A program made the translations under genes and the position numbers. A stretch of DNA of 63,546 nt, the filler included, from Olpidium bornovanus S191 (Eukaryota; Fungi; Olpidiomycota): the NCBI GenBank assembly GCA_017911155.1. It is 32 parts of 32 records of this genome, joined end to end, with 100 filler letters (N's around TTAATTAATTAA, not from the genome) between each part and the next. Parts side by side here need not be neighbours in the genome. Positions count along the whole stretch, not along the records: positions 47,239 to 48,619 come from JAEFCI010003627.1; positions 48,720 to 49,748 come from JAEFCI010009965.1; positions 49,849 to 51,086 come from JAEFCI010000813.1; positions 51,187 to 54,007 come from JAEFCI010003514.1; positions 54,108 to 56,956 come from JAEFCI010003349.1; positions 57,057 to 58,473 come from JAEFCI010002709.1; positions 58,574 to 59,659 come from JAEFCI010001975.1; positions 59,760 to 60,906 come from JAEFCI010004141.1; 24 more parts are not named here. One strand, given 5' to 3'. This document shows, one piece after another, positions 48,614-60,648 of this stretch. The stretch's first letter is position 1. Each line of letters starts with the position of its first letter. The notes beneath the pieces were generated by a model. It did not search any database. It was given only the letters and a program-made list of their open reading frames with translations, and had not been told where the DNA came from.

Positions 48614-49848
48614 CCAGTCNNNNNNNNNNNNNNNNNNNNNNNNNNNNNNNNNNNNNNNNNNNNTTAATTAATTAANNNNNNNNNNNNNNNNNNNNNNNNN
48701 NNNNNNNNNNNNNNNNNNNCAGTGGAATCAAACCCCCCCTGTGGGGCGGGTTTTTTTTACCCAAACCCCCAACCCCCCGACGCGCCCCCCCGTTCCCTTT
48801 TTTTTTTTTTTTTTTTTTTTTTGCCGGAGGTCCACCGGGCGTCCCCGATCCGCAAGCGCACCCAGGAGCCCGACGGACTGCGAAGGTCGCGGGGAACCGC
48901 CCGCGCGGGCGGCGGGGATATGTGAGAGTGTGTGCGTAAAAGTGTACAGCTGGAGGGCAGGGAACGTTTCGGCCCGAGCTCCGCGCGCCCAACTTCTCTC
49001 TCGGTTTTATCGCGAAAAATTTTAAGAAAAAAAAAATAAATCCCCCCCCCCCCCCCAACCCCCGCGGAATTACTATTTTTTTTTTTGGCTTTCGTCACGT
49101 GTCACGCGAAGCGACCCTGTCGAACCCTTTCCCCCCCACCCCCCCCCCCCCCCACGCACTCTCTCCCCAACCCGCGTTACGAGTTTAGGCCCAAGAAGGC
49201 AAAGTCGTCACGTGACCGCAGTTCGCCCTTTTTTCCCCGCAGCACGCGCCGTGGCCCGGAGCTGCGACGGTTTTGCGTCGCCCGCATTGCATGGAAAATA
49301 TCTGGTCGATCTTGCCTGGAATTTTTATCCGTGGCAAATAAACAGATTTGCATGATTGGGGGCGGACCAACTGGTCCAGGTGGTTTTCAAGCTGGTCATT
49401 AATAGACAAAGCTGTTTGATGCCGCATCCAACGTTAACGTCTGCCGGTATGCCTTGCCAGTTAAAGTTCCTCGCGCTTGCGGGAGGTTAGATATCGGAGG
49501 CTGGAGATCTTCGCATAATTTGGCCTTTTGGCAGGCACGTGCGCCGACGTGGCGCGTGAGGTGGTGTTGGACGTATCCATCGGGTTTAAACGTGGTCTGC
49601 GAGGCGCCGCCGGTAGTTCGCAGATTCGCGGGGTTCGCAGATTCGTGGCGCTGTAACTTTAACTGCGCTACAATTGATCGGCACGAGAAGGGCTGGTCAC
49701 CGACGCGGCGGTTTAGCCGAGTGGTTGCCGGAAGCGGCGGGGAGCATGNNNNNNNNNNNNNNNNNNNNNNNNNNNNNNNNNNNNNNNNNNNNTTAATTAA
49801 TTAANNNNNNNNNNNNNNNNNNNNNNNNNNNNNNNNNNNNNNNNNNNN

Positions 49849-50285
49849 ATGCTAAGTGTGCATCTATATTTTAACCATTAACCTTAACTAACTAAGTTAG
49901 TGTAATCAATTAATTTAAACCATCACCTAAATGGTTACACTTAATATAAATAATAATCGATTGTATTGTCAATGAGAGTGCATCACAGTACGTGCTCAAT
50001 TATAGAATAGTGGTTCAATTCCATTATTACAAGAGACACATGTTATTAGTTCACTACTATTTAATGTGTTGCAATCTAGTAGTATCCGCATGTTAATTGC
50101 TATACATTCGAGTTATATAATAGTAATTTATATAATAATTATATTATTAGTACCAATAATGATATTATGATATATTATTTATATATATGAATATTTATTA
50201 TTACTATACAAGTAATTTATATTATTAATAGATTATATATAATAGTATAAGTATAACTATATAATGGAATTGGTGTAATACTAGA
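49849..50285. other. AT-rich patch E directly upstream of a Gypsy integrase C-terminus
   Basis: AT-rich, becoming nearly pure A/T at about 50110-50265, then switching abruptly to GC-normal coding sequence. Confidence 0.9.
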
Positions 50286-50662
50286 TTGGTGCTTCTTCAT
50301 CAAAATCACGAACACTGGCTCGAGCGCCAACGCCAGCGCGTTCGGTCCGCCCCATTAAAGGAGGGCGACCTGGTTCTCCGTTACGAATCATGGAAGGAGA
50401 CCATTTGGACCGGAAAACTCGAGCCAGACTGGATTGGACCCTTCGTTGTCACGCTTGTCTACGGCAATGGTTCCTTTGCCCTTTGCTGAGTCGATAGTCA
50501 CGAGCCTTTTGAGACGGCAGTTTCCGGCCGACGCCTGAAGCTCTACCAGACCCGTGCGCCCCCGACTGGCCTTCCTGTCATTGAGGAGGCTGACGAGACC
50601 GATGCCATCGCCTCTGGCGCTGGCCTCAGGGAGGGGGATGTCGGGGTCTGAAAGGAGGGGGC
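50286..50662 (+). mobile_element. Ty3/Gypsy integrase C-terminal GPY/F domain followed by a polypurine-tract-like sequence
   Basis: PLKEGDLVLRYES...GKLEPDWIGPFVVTLVYGNGSFAL*...VSGRRLKLY, then GAAAGGAGGGGG at about 50650-50661. Confidence 0.8.
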
Positions 50663-51299
50663 CTACGTACGGCATATTTTGTGTGTGTAGCGGAAGTGGT
50701 TGTACTGCGGCAAGGTTCACAGCGTTATATTCTTCTCCCTCGTCAGGTTTGAGACAGTGCTACAGGTAAGGTGACAAGGGCTGCCAGTGCAGTCGAAAGG
50801 GAAAGGTCGAGCTAAGGTAAAGTTGGAGCGTGTAGGGTCGAAGTCGAGCTACGAAGCGGAAGGGACGCTATTTATGCTCGTCGACGTCGAGCGGAGGCAG
50901 GTCGACAGCAAAGCCGTCCTTCGGCGTCGCGTTCGTCGATGCGGTGCGTCCGGTCCCTTCCCGCGCGGTTACCACGCGGGGCTCCGAGCTTTTGCGTGCA
51001 GTGGGATGCGGGGGGTAGTCAGGGGGAAGATATGGTTGGCCGGGGTTCCCGCGTGTGGCGCTGGGGGGGGAAGGGGGCAAGGGGGGNNNNNNNNNNNNNN
51101 NNNNNNNNNNNNNNNNNNNNNNNNNNNNNNTTAATTAATTAANNNNNNNNNNNNNNNNNNNNNNNNNNNNNNNNNNNNNNNNNNNNCATGTACTCACATT
51201 GTTGGTCCTGTAGGGGGCCAGGGCGGCAGGGCGGCAGGTTGGTTGGAGCCTGGAGGGGAGGCAGCAAAAAGTCTTTCTTTCTTTCTCTCTCTCTTTTTT

Positions 51300-51870
51300 G
51301 ATTTGGACAACGGGAATATGGCGCTGAGTGATCTATGAAAGATTTGAGGGCGGTATGGTCAGGACCGGTAATAACAATGTCGTCAACCCAAATACAAAGG
51401 AGAATACGGATAGTGCCGTCGTCTTTGCTCCGAGTCGAGGGGTGCGTGGTGGATTTTAAAAAATAAATATTCGTTCGGCCACTCGCTGGTTTGGTATCGG
51501 CGGATGTGGGTGGTGCAGATTTTTCAATCGTGGAGGATCTGGTGTGGTAGTCCCCCCCTCGCGACACGGACGGTTGCGAGGGCGGCGTCTGGCGGCGGAA
51601 GACGCAGGGATCGCTGGGTACTGGCTCAGAGCCAGCAGCGACAGGATTGGTGGAGCCCGTAGAGAGCCTTGCAAAGGCGGAGGACGCGCGTAGCGGGCCG
51701 TCGGGTGGGGCCTTCGAAGCATTTGATTTTGCTCAATGTAGATTTCTCTGTCAATGGGAGCGTTCCGGTAAGGCGGCGCAAAGCCTTCAAAGGCGGCGCA
51801 AAGCAAGTCCCAGCCGAAAGCAAACGCAATCGCGATAATCAAACGACTGCGTCAGGTCCCGTCCCTACCG
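51300..51870 (-). mobile_element. Ty1/Copia reverse transcriptase, degraded
   Basis: SRLIIAIAFAFGWDL...YRNAPIDREIYIEQ, VLRLCKALYGLHQSCRCW, PSDPCVF and ILLCIWVDDIVITG (YVDD motif), broken by frameshifts. Confidence 0.85.
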
Positions 51871-52991
51871 GGGGACGGCTTCTCCCGTCGCGAGGCGGGA
51901 TGGCGACGCAGGGTCGGCTGCACCTCGGTCCGGGAAGACGCTCCCATTTTCCCGCCTACCAGCCCGGAACAATAGGGCTGGCGTAGCCTGGCTCCCCGCT
52001 GGTTAATGGAAGAGGTTTGACGAGAAGCGGGGGGGGGGGGGGGAGATGGACCGGGAATTTTAACCTTAACCGTTGAAAATTCGTAGTAGAATTCTTTCCG
52101 GGCTCACAAGCCTGGATCTGTCAACGCACTGCCCGCGGCAGATTTTGCCGCAGGGTCCACCGTTAAAATCGGGTGTTGAACTGGGCTTTCAATTTTCCAG
52201 ATTGGTTATCAGGGGCGCAAAACCCTTAGCGGTAGCTCCGACTATGTAGCGGAGGCTCGCCGAATGTGCGGCTAAATTGCGGTTGGGCGCTTTGGGAAGG
52301 GGGGAATCTATAAGCGGGAAAACCGAGAGGGAAAGCGGGACGCCGCGCGGTCGGGGCGAGCCAGCAGGCGTCTTCTCCGAGATCCCCCCCCCGCTTCCGC
52401 CGTGTGTCGGACATCTGGGGGGTTTGCGAGTGATCAATTCGGCGTTTGCCCGTTCTCGCTGTCGGCCAGCGTCATAGCGGACTTGCTTTTTTTGAAACGG
52501 GCGGCGCGCTTGGGGGTTTGGTTGCCGCTTGCTCCCCGGGCGGGGGAACCGTCCCCGTCCCCGTACGGTGTGCGTGGCCGGCATTGGCGCGCTTCCCTGT
52601 CACATATTTTATCAGATCGTCAAGGGCTGTTCCTAATCGCGGTCGGAATCTTCCCCTCCCCGGTCCCCCCCCCCCGCCCCCGACCTTCCCTTCTTCTCCA
52701 CCCTTCCCATCCGCGCAAATTGAGGCTGGGATTCGCCTGCGGCTCACCACCAGTGCTGGGTGAGGCCACGCTTGGTAGAATGGTTTCTGTGTTTCCATCC
52801 GGTAGCAAAAAGACTATAATTTTTTTGAGTGTGTTGTATTCATGCTACATAGTTTCAAGGACGTGGCATATGTACGTAATTAAAGATTGATGGAAAAAAA
52901 AGTGCGAAAAAAGATAAACTAGGAAGTGAGGACCGTAGAACAGCAACAATAAAAAAGGCAACCGACGAGAAATCTGGAGGGGAGAGAATAT

Positions 52992-53729
52992 TTATTCGGC
53001 CAGCATTTGTCGCTTTCCCCGCGATTTTGTGGGAGTGGTGACAGGCTCCTTTTTAACTGGCAGAAGTTCTGCCAACGGCAATTGGGCAGAATTCGGGAGG
53101 GTGAGGTCAAAGGTATCACGCGATGGTGAGGAATTTGGGGAGCGTGAGGACTCGTTCTCGCTGTCAGAGTGGTGGATGGTTCGTCTTTTGAAGGTAAATG
53201 ATCTTCTTTCCTTTTTAGGCGTCTCCACCGTGGTGTCCGGCTTTACCAAGGTGGCAACGCTGATGTCAGCGGAGTCCAGGAGTCCCAGCACTTGTATTAG
53301 CGTTCCTTTTTGTAAGACGGCCTTCCGTGTCTCCCATCTCTTACCCACAAGTTGGATGGTGTGGGTGACGTCAGAGGACGTCATATCTTCCCTGTTGTAA
53401 ACAGCGAAGGTCACCGAGAAGCTGTCGGTGTACGGGAAGTTACCGGTAACTGTTCTCGTCACTGATGTAATCGTCGGAGGCGGGGCAGCCGTAGTTTCGG
53501 GGACCGCAACAAATGTAGAGAGGTCCAAAAAAGTTTTTCCGGAGACGTGTCCGGAAAAGGAGTACACCGACCCCTCCACTGGCTTTGCCAAAATGCCGTT
53601 TTCTTCACGGTCTGCCCAGAATGATGCCGAAAAGGTGACTTCCTCAGCCAGAAGCAGGTTTATAGTGTATTGGCGTCCTGACTGTTTGGTGATGGAGTGG
53701 ACTTGGCCGATTCCGTGGATGGTAAGCAT
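52992..53729 (-). CDS. Intronless protein with putative tandem OB folds (ssDNA-binding-like) and a disordered Ser-rich/basic tail
   Basis: ATG at 53729 gives 245 aa, open in an intron-rich genome. Two beta-rich modules: TIHGIGQV...FSASFW...PVEGSVYSFSGHV and FSVTFAVYN...GKRWETRKAVLQKGTLIQVLGLLD. The ORF is well supported; the OB fold is inferred. Confidence 0.55.
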   Translation of the reverse strand: MLTIHGIGQVHSITKQSGRQYTINLLLAEEVTFSASFWADREENGILAKPVEGSVYSFSGHVSGKTFLDLSTFVAVPETTAAPPPTITSVTRTVTGNFPYTDSFSVTFAVYNREDMTSSDVTHTIQLVGKRWETRKAVLQKGTLIQVLGLLDSADISVATLVKPDTTVETPKKERRSFTFKRRTIHHSDSENESSRSPNSSPSRDTFDLTLPNSAQLPLAELLPVKKEPVTTPTKSRGKRQMLAE

Positions 53730-53846
53730 GGTAAGTTTTGAAGAAGAGGATGGTTTTAGAAAGACTGTTGAAGAAAGGAAAGGATCAAACACGTTGTAAG
53801 AGAAGTTTGAAGGTGAAGTTGAACAGTTGGACACAAGGAAGGGTCC

Positions 53847-53854
53847 TTTTTATA
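53847..53854 (-). promoter_or_regulatory. TATA box upstream of the OB-fold-like gene
   Basis: TATAAAAA on the minus strand, about 120 bp before the ATG at 53729, followed by a pyrimidine-rich leader. Confidence 0.5.
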
Positions 53855-53926
53855 CACAACCGAGACGGTTGGGTGGGGTTCTAAAACATGTTTGTCCTTC
53901 GGGGTCGGCCACGCCGCTACCGAGGC

Positions 53927-53971
53927 CACGTAGTCTGGTCAAATGGCGATCCCGTCTCCAGAGACTACGTG
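53927..53971. repeat. Inverted repeat / hairpin CACGTAGTCT-N25-AGACTACGTG
   Basis: Perfect 10-bp arms at 53927-53936 and 53962-53971, extendable on both sides with a mismatch or bulge. Confidence 0.8.
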
Positions 53972-54654
53972 CCCAAGGTAGTTCACCTTCGACTGGTTAA
54001 AGAACGANNNNNNNNNNNNNNNNNNNNNNNNNNNNNNNNNNNNNNNNNNNNTTAATTAATTAANNNNNNNNNNNNNNNNNNNNNNNNNNNNNNNNNNNNN
54101 NNNNNNNCCGGGAATCTCTGCCAGCGGCAAGATGTCTCTAACCAGTTCTAACCAACCCGCAGCCGGACGGGATCCGCTCGCGGGCGGACGTGTTAGACTA
54201 TTAGAGCGGTTCGCATCGCCGGCGCATGGAACGCCGATTGTAATAATCATGACCATTGGGGTCCCGCCACATTTTAACCATCTCTGGTTGGGCATGACAG
54301 CTTCAAGGCAGTTACATGGAAGACGTCAACCGGAACCGCCACCCAACGCGTACCCAGCGATCGGCGCGAATCGACGACCGTCCGCAAGTTACCCGCGGCA
54401 TCTGCGGCTTGTTCGTATGATTCTATGGCCGTGGTTTTGGACGCGCCACATTGCGCGGAGCGGCTCAGCGAGTCGTGGACTTCGGCAACGTTATAATGGG
54501 AAGGGGCAGCGCCACAGCGGCCCGCGGTGCAAGGCGAAAGCGCGTTTGGCGAACGAAGTTAACGTGCAGAAAGGAAAAAAAAAAAAAAAAAAAAGAAAGA
54601 AAAGGAGACCGAGCACTTTACGCCCGGGGCGCGCGCCCAGAGAAGCGGGAGGGA

Positions 54655-55645
54655 CTACGGACTTCGCGTTCTCGATAGCAGCGCTCGCGCAGCGGCGGCC
54701 GCCGTTGTCATAGGGCAGACGCAGGCTCGGGCGAACCACGGCGTGAGGGCGAAGCATGCCGCGAGGCGGAGCGGCATGGCGGCCTTGACCAGCGCGTACG
54801 CGGCGGCGGCGTGGAGGACGCACTTAGACGCGCCGGCGCGAGCCGGCTCGCCGCCGGAGTCGGGAGCCGGGGAGGAGACGTCGAAGCCGAACGCAGCGAG
54901 GGCCTTTCTGCCCCGCCGCTCGGCCTCGGCCGCTGCGTCTCCCGACACCAGCGCCAGCAGCCTGGGGGGCAGCGGCGGGTCGAGGGCCTGCAGCGAGAGG
55001 TAGACTACCGGCAGGGGAAGCACGGCGGTCAGCTCGTGCAGGACGGCGAACGCGACGACGTGGGAGCCGGGCGCCCCTCGGAATTCTGCAGCGTATTTCC
55101 GCCTGTTTTTTTCGGGTCCCCTCGGGGAGGGAAGCGCGGAGCCGGCGCGCGCGGGAGTGGCCACATCGAGGGAACAAACCCCCCGTCGCAAAGCAAAAAA
55201 AAAAAAAGCGGAATCGGCGTGGGAGAGAGAGGGGAAGAGCGAGAGAGAGAGAGAGAGAGAGCGAAAGAGGGAGAGAGTGGGGAAGATTGAGGGTTCCCGT
55301 TCCCGCGTTTTCCCGGTCTGTTTCCCTTGCGGCCCCCGTCCATCTCGCCGCCCTGCCTCTCTCTTTCTCTTTCTCTCTCCCTCCCGCTCCTTCCCCCTCC
55401 CCCCCTCCCCCCATCTCTTCTCACCAGCCCCTTGCCCTACCCCGCCCGGCCTGCTCGGACTGTGACGACGCCGCGGCGCCGCCGGCGAATCCGCGGGCCC
55501 CGGAGGCGCGGGTCCCGGGGAGGCCGATTTCCGCCTGTGCCTTCGGCTTCGGCGTCGCCGCCGGCAGCCGCAGCCGGAGGAGGCGTCTTGCGGCGGCGGT
55601 GCCCGCGCGGGCGAAGCGGGCGACTAGTTCGGCAGGCTGGGACAT
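54655..55645 (-). CDS. MRX11: Mitochondrial Mrx11-like protein (FLILHELTA domain), two exons
   Basis: ATG at 55645 with an Arg/Ala-rich presequence; HVVAFAVLHELTAVLPL and AAAYALVKAAMPLRLAACFALTPWFA. Confidence 0.85.
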
Positions 55646-55848
55646 GATATCTGCTTTTTTTTTTTTTTTTTTGGCGCAAGAGTGTGTGGTGGAGTGTGTG
55701 GGGCGCGCGGGGTGACTTGAAATCGAAGGAAGAAGCGGGCGGGAAAGCGCGGCCGGCGGCTGCAGGAAAGGAAGCGAGCCAAATTCCCCTTCCCTTCCGT
55801 CCAAATTCGGCCGAGGGTCAACCGGAACCGGAGGTGCAGCCGCCAAAG

Positions 55849-55885
<37 letters not shown>

Positions 55886-56758
55886 AACCAATTCTCGTGT
55901 TTTTCTTTCGGATTGCGCTCGGCTCGCCTCTGCCCGTCGCGCTTACGTCCGCCACCGCCTCCGCTCGGTTCCACTCCCCGCGGGACTTTCGCCGAAATAT
56001 TTCTTTTGAACGCCAGAAGACGCGGGGAAAAGAAAAACGGGGGAAAAAAAAAAACGGGCGAAAACGCGCGCGCGCCGCACAGGGCCTTGGTTATGTTTCT
56101 TCTTATTTGGGGGAGGGGAGGGGGCCCTGTTATAGGATGGGCTGGGAGAAGGAGCAGAAAGACGAACACCAAATGACGGCCGTTGTTGTTCTGCGAACGG
56201 GTGGCGTAAGGGCTTGCCGGGGACAAAGAGGGGAAGACGGTTTCCCCCCCTCCTCCACCCTCCAAAACAAAAAAAAAGAAAAAGAAAACGAGAGAAAGAG
56301 AGAGAGGGAGAGTCACCGTGATCGTCCGCTCGCGTTCCCTCCCTTGCCCCCCCCCCCCGCCCCTTCCCGCCCCTCCCTTTTTCCCTGTCAGCGCAAAGCA
56401 CGGGTCCCCCAGCCCCCTCTTTCTTTCTTTTTCCTTTTTTTTTCCTTTTTTTTCCTTTTCTTTTTTCTTTTTTTTTTTTTTCGTTGCGGCGAATTTAAAA
56501 AAAAAATTGAGGGGCCTCCGATTTTTATCACCGGCGAAGACCGGTTTTTCCGCGTCGACGGAGGGGAAAAGGGCGAAATGCGGGGGGAGGGAAGGGGGGG
56601 GCATCTCGCGCCTCGCCCTCCCGCTTTGTTTTTTCCCCCCCCCCCCCGTCCGTCGGCAACAAGATTAAGCTTCTTTCCCAGTTGACGGAACCCCTCACAA
56701 CCCCCCTCCCCTCCCCCCCCCACACCCACCCGACGAGCGCGCGCGCGCTCGTTCGCTT

Positions 56759-56796
56759 TCAGCGTGTGGCGATGATGTAGACGGCGTGGATGATCC
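56759..56796 (-). CDS. PMP3: Pmp3/UPF0057 plasma-membrane proteolipid, last exon
   Basis: A CAG acceptor is followed by (G)IIHAVYIIATR*, matching the family's PGIIHA.Y.I terminus; missing from the ORF track because it is short. Confidence 0.55.
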
Positions 56797-58415
56797 CTGG
56801 GGGCGAGCGAGCCGGTGAAAGTGAGAAAGCGGGGAGGGGGGGGGGAGGAGGGGGGCGCGTCCGCGCAAACAAACAGGGATAGGCCGTTAACAAAACGTGG
56901 GGATGTGCGAAAAAAAAAAGTTCTGATCGTGAGGCGGAACGAACAAAAATCCCGACNNNNNNNNNNNNNNNNNNNNNNNNNNNNNNNNNNNNNNNNNNNN
57001 TTAATTAATTAANNNNNNNNNNNNNNNNNNNNNNNNNNNNNNNNNNNNNNNNNNNNCATGTCATCGTCCGGGCACGGGCCCTGATGGGTCAACGCGACGG
57101 GAAAATCGGATGCGTATCTTGCGAAGCTCGGCGAGCGCTGGATTCGGGATCCCCGCGCCACGACTCAGCCGTTGATCGGGAGCAAAGCCGTTGCGAAAAA
57201 CGGCTTCATTACGGAACAAATACTAAACACCGCCCTTGCAGACCCAACGGACAAGCAATTCCGGTTTACACTGGTTCGCACCGTTCGCAATTTTTTTCCG
57301 GAGGTAGGGCAGAGTGTGAATCGCGTACGTCCACGACCACGGCTCGCTCCGCGGGAAAAAATTCCGGCTCGTGGAATGTAAGTAGTGAGGGTCTCAAAAA
57401 GTGAGCAGTAGCTTACTGTATCGAGATTCCCGTTGGTTGTTTAGGCGAGTCGACAACAGGTTGTTTTTGGTCCGGCAAAACATTGAGAATCTCTCTGGAC
57501 AGGACTGCAGAGCTGCATCCTAAATTGTGCTTTATGTCTCGAAATGGCTCAAATAGGTACCCCCGGAGCTTTTCTCGCACGAAAGGCGCCTCGCAAACAG
57601 TGTTTTTCTCTTCGGAAGTTGCTCCTACGGGGCGTCGCGCAGCTCTACGCATGGTAGGGTTAACAGCGTGCCCCACGGCCTTTAATTATGATTAACGACA
57701 GGCTACCCTAGATCGCAGAACACTATTTTGGTGCGCGCGCGCGCCCAGGAATGGAGGAAGGGGGGGGCAGGAGGAGGAGTCGGACTAAGCAAAAAGAAAA
57801 ACCTCGCCAAAAAAATCGGGCGCAATCCAAGGGAGAAGTGTGCCACTTAAGAACGCGGCGCGTACCTTCGCAAGTGTTCCTCGAATAAATCCGGCCCACA
57901 GAACATACCGCTCGTAACATGAACTGCGCGTTGCGCGCGCGAGGAGATCCTGATTATCGCCCGGGCTGCGGGCGATGTTGCGGAGGGAAAGCGGCGTATC
58001 GTTGTTGCCGGAAGGATTTACGACGTCTGCGCGGGTCGCCCGATGCCAAGCCTTGGTGTCAAATCCAGCCGTTGCGTCCACGACGGGGCGCCTGCGGCCA
58101 CTGCATTCTCGTGCTGCTTTATCTGGTGTTTTAATCAGCCGCTGCTTTTGGTACATTTCGGGCATCGACACACAGGCCCGATGCAGATATGCATACGTAC
58201 ACCCGAATTTGCAACGGCGCAAAAAGTTCAGCTGGCGAGCCCTCGGGCACGGAGGTGCAGCGCGTGAACATCGACATCAATCGAACGCTGACGGGAAATC
58301 GGACGGGCCCGGGGTTTGGTTCGGTTTTGCTCCGCACGGAACGACCTAAAGCGGGCGGGAAAGTGCTCGGAGATTACCCGAGAGTATGGCGAAAAATCAC
58401 CCGCCTCCCTTTCCT

Positions 58416-58473
<58 letters not shown>

Positions 58474-59759
58474 NNNNNNNNNNNNNNNNNNNNNNNNNNN
58501 NNNNNNNNNNNNNNNNNTTAATTAATTAANNNNNNNNNNNNNNNNNNNNNNNNNNNNNNNNNNNNNNNNNNNNCATGACAGGAGCAAGCTCACGGGCGGC
58601 CCTAGTTGAGGATTTGGGCAGTTCAACTGGAGGAGCTTCCACAAAATGTACCGGCCGACTTGCGCCCGCGTCAGCCGCGTGCTTGTAGGCAGTCCGTGAG
58701 CCTTTGAATGAAAATGGCAGGCCAATCATTCCTTATGTGCCCGACCTAGCGCTGACGAGGTCTGACGCCGACGTTAACAGAGTCAACTATCGCGGAGTAA
58801 TTAGAGTTTCGAAAGAGTTTTGAGTCTCCGCGCACCGTCGACCACAAGTCGCGCGACTGAGCCAGAAATCAAAAAGGTCACCGACAGATTCAGCGCAATT
58901 TCGCCCCCGGGGGTTCGGCTGTCGGAAGCCACATTTTGGAACGCGCGCAAAACGCCTGCCCACTTCCGAACATGCGGACAAACCGCGCGTTCTCGCCGGT
59001 TTCGAAATGCGGCTGTTCGATTTTTGGGGGGCCAATTGGTGCTCTCGAGTTTATACGGCAACCGACGCCGATGTGCCTCGCGGGGCGGGGGAAGGGGGTG
59101 TTTTAGCCGTCGACGGCATCGTCCCGCTGCCCCCCCCGAGCCTCCCCGGAAGAATCGGGGGTTGATATCGCGCGGCGGAGACGGTCGCCGCAAAAGTTTT
59201 CGAAGTGCCGCGCTCGTTTCCCTTGACAGGCGGGGGGCCGCGCGCTGCGAAAAGTGTGTGGCGCCTAGGCCAATAGACCTTGTGTGAACCAAAATTAATT
59301 TCGCCGTGCACAGAGGTTCGATTTGGAGCAGCGGAGGGTGCTTTTTTTTTTGCAAACTCGGCCGCCCTTAAGAGAAAGCCTGATTTTCAAGCGGAGCACA
59401 GAATTATGGTCCCTGCCGCTCCCTTGGCGTGTTGTCGTGGGCGGGCATCTTGGAAATGCTCTCGCGCTTCATTTTTGTCCGGCGTTCTATTTGCCGCGCA
59501 CGTTCAGTTTTGCCACCCCCCCCCTCCCTATTTACGCCCCATGTACCGCAAGCAGACGTAGTTTATTGTGCAGCACAGTACATCGCCGATGGCGCAGGCG
59601 CTGACCTCGCATCCGTCTCAGATAATTAGAAAACGGAAGGCCGTCATCCCGTTACACGGNNNNNNNNNNNNNNNNNNNNNNNNNNNNNNNNNNNNNNNNN
59701 NNNTTAATTAATTAANNNNNNNNNNNNNNNNNNNNNNNNNNNNNNNNNNNNNNNNNNNN

Positions 59760-60554
59760 CCCAGATCGAGTCGCCATTGACAGCTGCTTCGCTTGCAACA
59801 GCGTCGAGGGGATCATCGAGAACCTGAAGGGTGTCGCCACGGACTTCTCCGGCAAGACCATTCAACAGCTGGAGTCCATGAGTCCCTTGAGCTTGAAGGT
59901 GCGCGCGGCTTTTTTCCCCTCATGATGCGGCCTTGCTGCAATTCTCCACACTTGCTTACTCGAATTCGTACACCACCCACAGCTTACCCTCGCCGTGCTT
60001 CGAGAAGGCAAAATGAAGTCTCTCCGAGAATGCCTGCAGATGGAGTTCCACCTGGTCTCCCTGTTGCTGGTAAGTGCCAGTCCAAGGGCGATTGTCGCCT
60101 GGCCATAATATCGATGGTTGCGTACCTTACCGTCGCGTTATGTGGAACTACGCCACAGAACGGCGGCGGCGACTTCGCCGAGGGCGTGAAGGCAATGCTA
60201 GTCGACAAGCGCGAGCCGAAGTGGAATCCGTCGCGGCTGGCCAACGTATCTGACGAATGGATGCGGGCGCAGTACTTCATTGATCTGAACAACCCGAAGC
60301 TCGGCTTCCTCCGAAGCGTGGACTTCACCAGTTACCCGCACCGCCGGTTCTCTGGGCCGTCCGAGGACGACGTTCGCCGCATCGTGGAGGGGTCAAGCCG
60401 CGCGTCAGGCGCCAACGCCTGGAACGAGCAGGATGTGGAGCAGTACTTCGCGAAGGCCAGCCACTGGAAACACGGCGTCCGGGAGAAGGTCCGGAGGATC
60501 ATCGACCGCAAGTGCGTGGTGGACGCCGAAGGTTGGCTGAATTGGGAGGCGTAG
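59760..60554 (+). CDS. EHD3: 3-hydroxyisobutyryl-CoA hydrolase (HIBCH/Ehd3), 3' part, three exons
   Basis: IDSCFACNSVEGIIENL...SMSPLSLK|LTLAVLREGK...CLQMEF|DFAEGVKAMLVDKREPKWNP...YPH...PSEDDV...KHGVREKVRRIIDRKC. Confidence 0.9.
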
Positions 60555-60648
60555 GACCAACTACTCCGCGCCACTTGAGACTTTCGACCCAGCCGTATCT
60601 GCCCACGACGCGCGAAAAAAAAAAAAAAAAAAAAGGAAGTATTTACAG

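Noticed and set aside
49869-49895. TTAACC-like repeats (also about 52060) as degenerate telomere sequence
   Set aside because: Only 2-3 imperfect units, with no canonical TTAGGG/CCCTAA array
57057-59659. Candidate coding fragments in these two contigs (and in 10533-11600, 19741-21260, 30000-31843, 45667-47138 and 48720-49748)
   Set aside because: Open frames exist, but no family motif or consistent exon chain could be supported by eye
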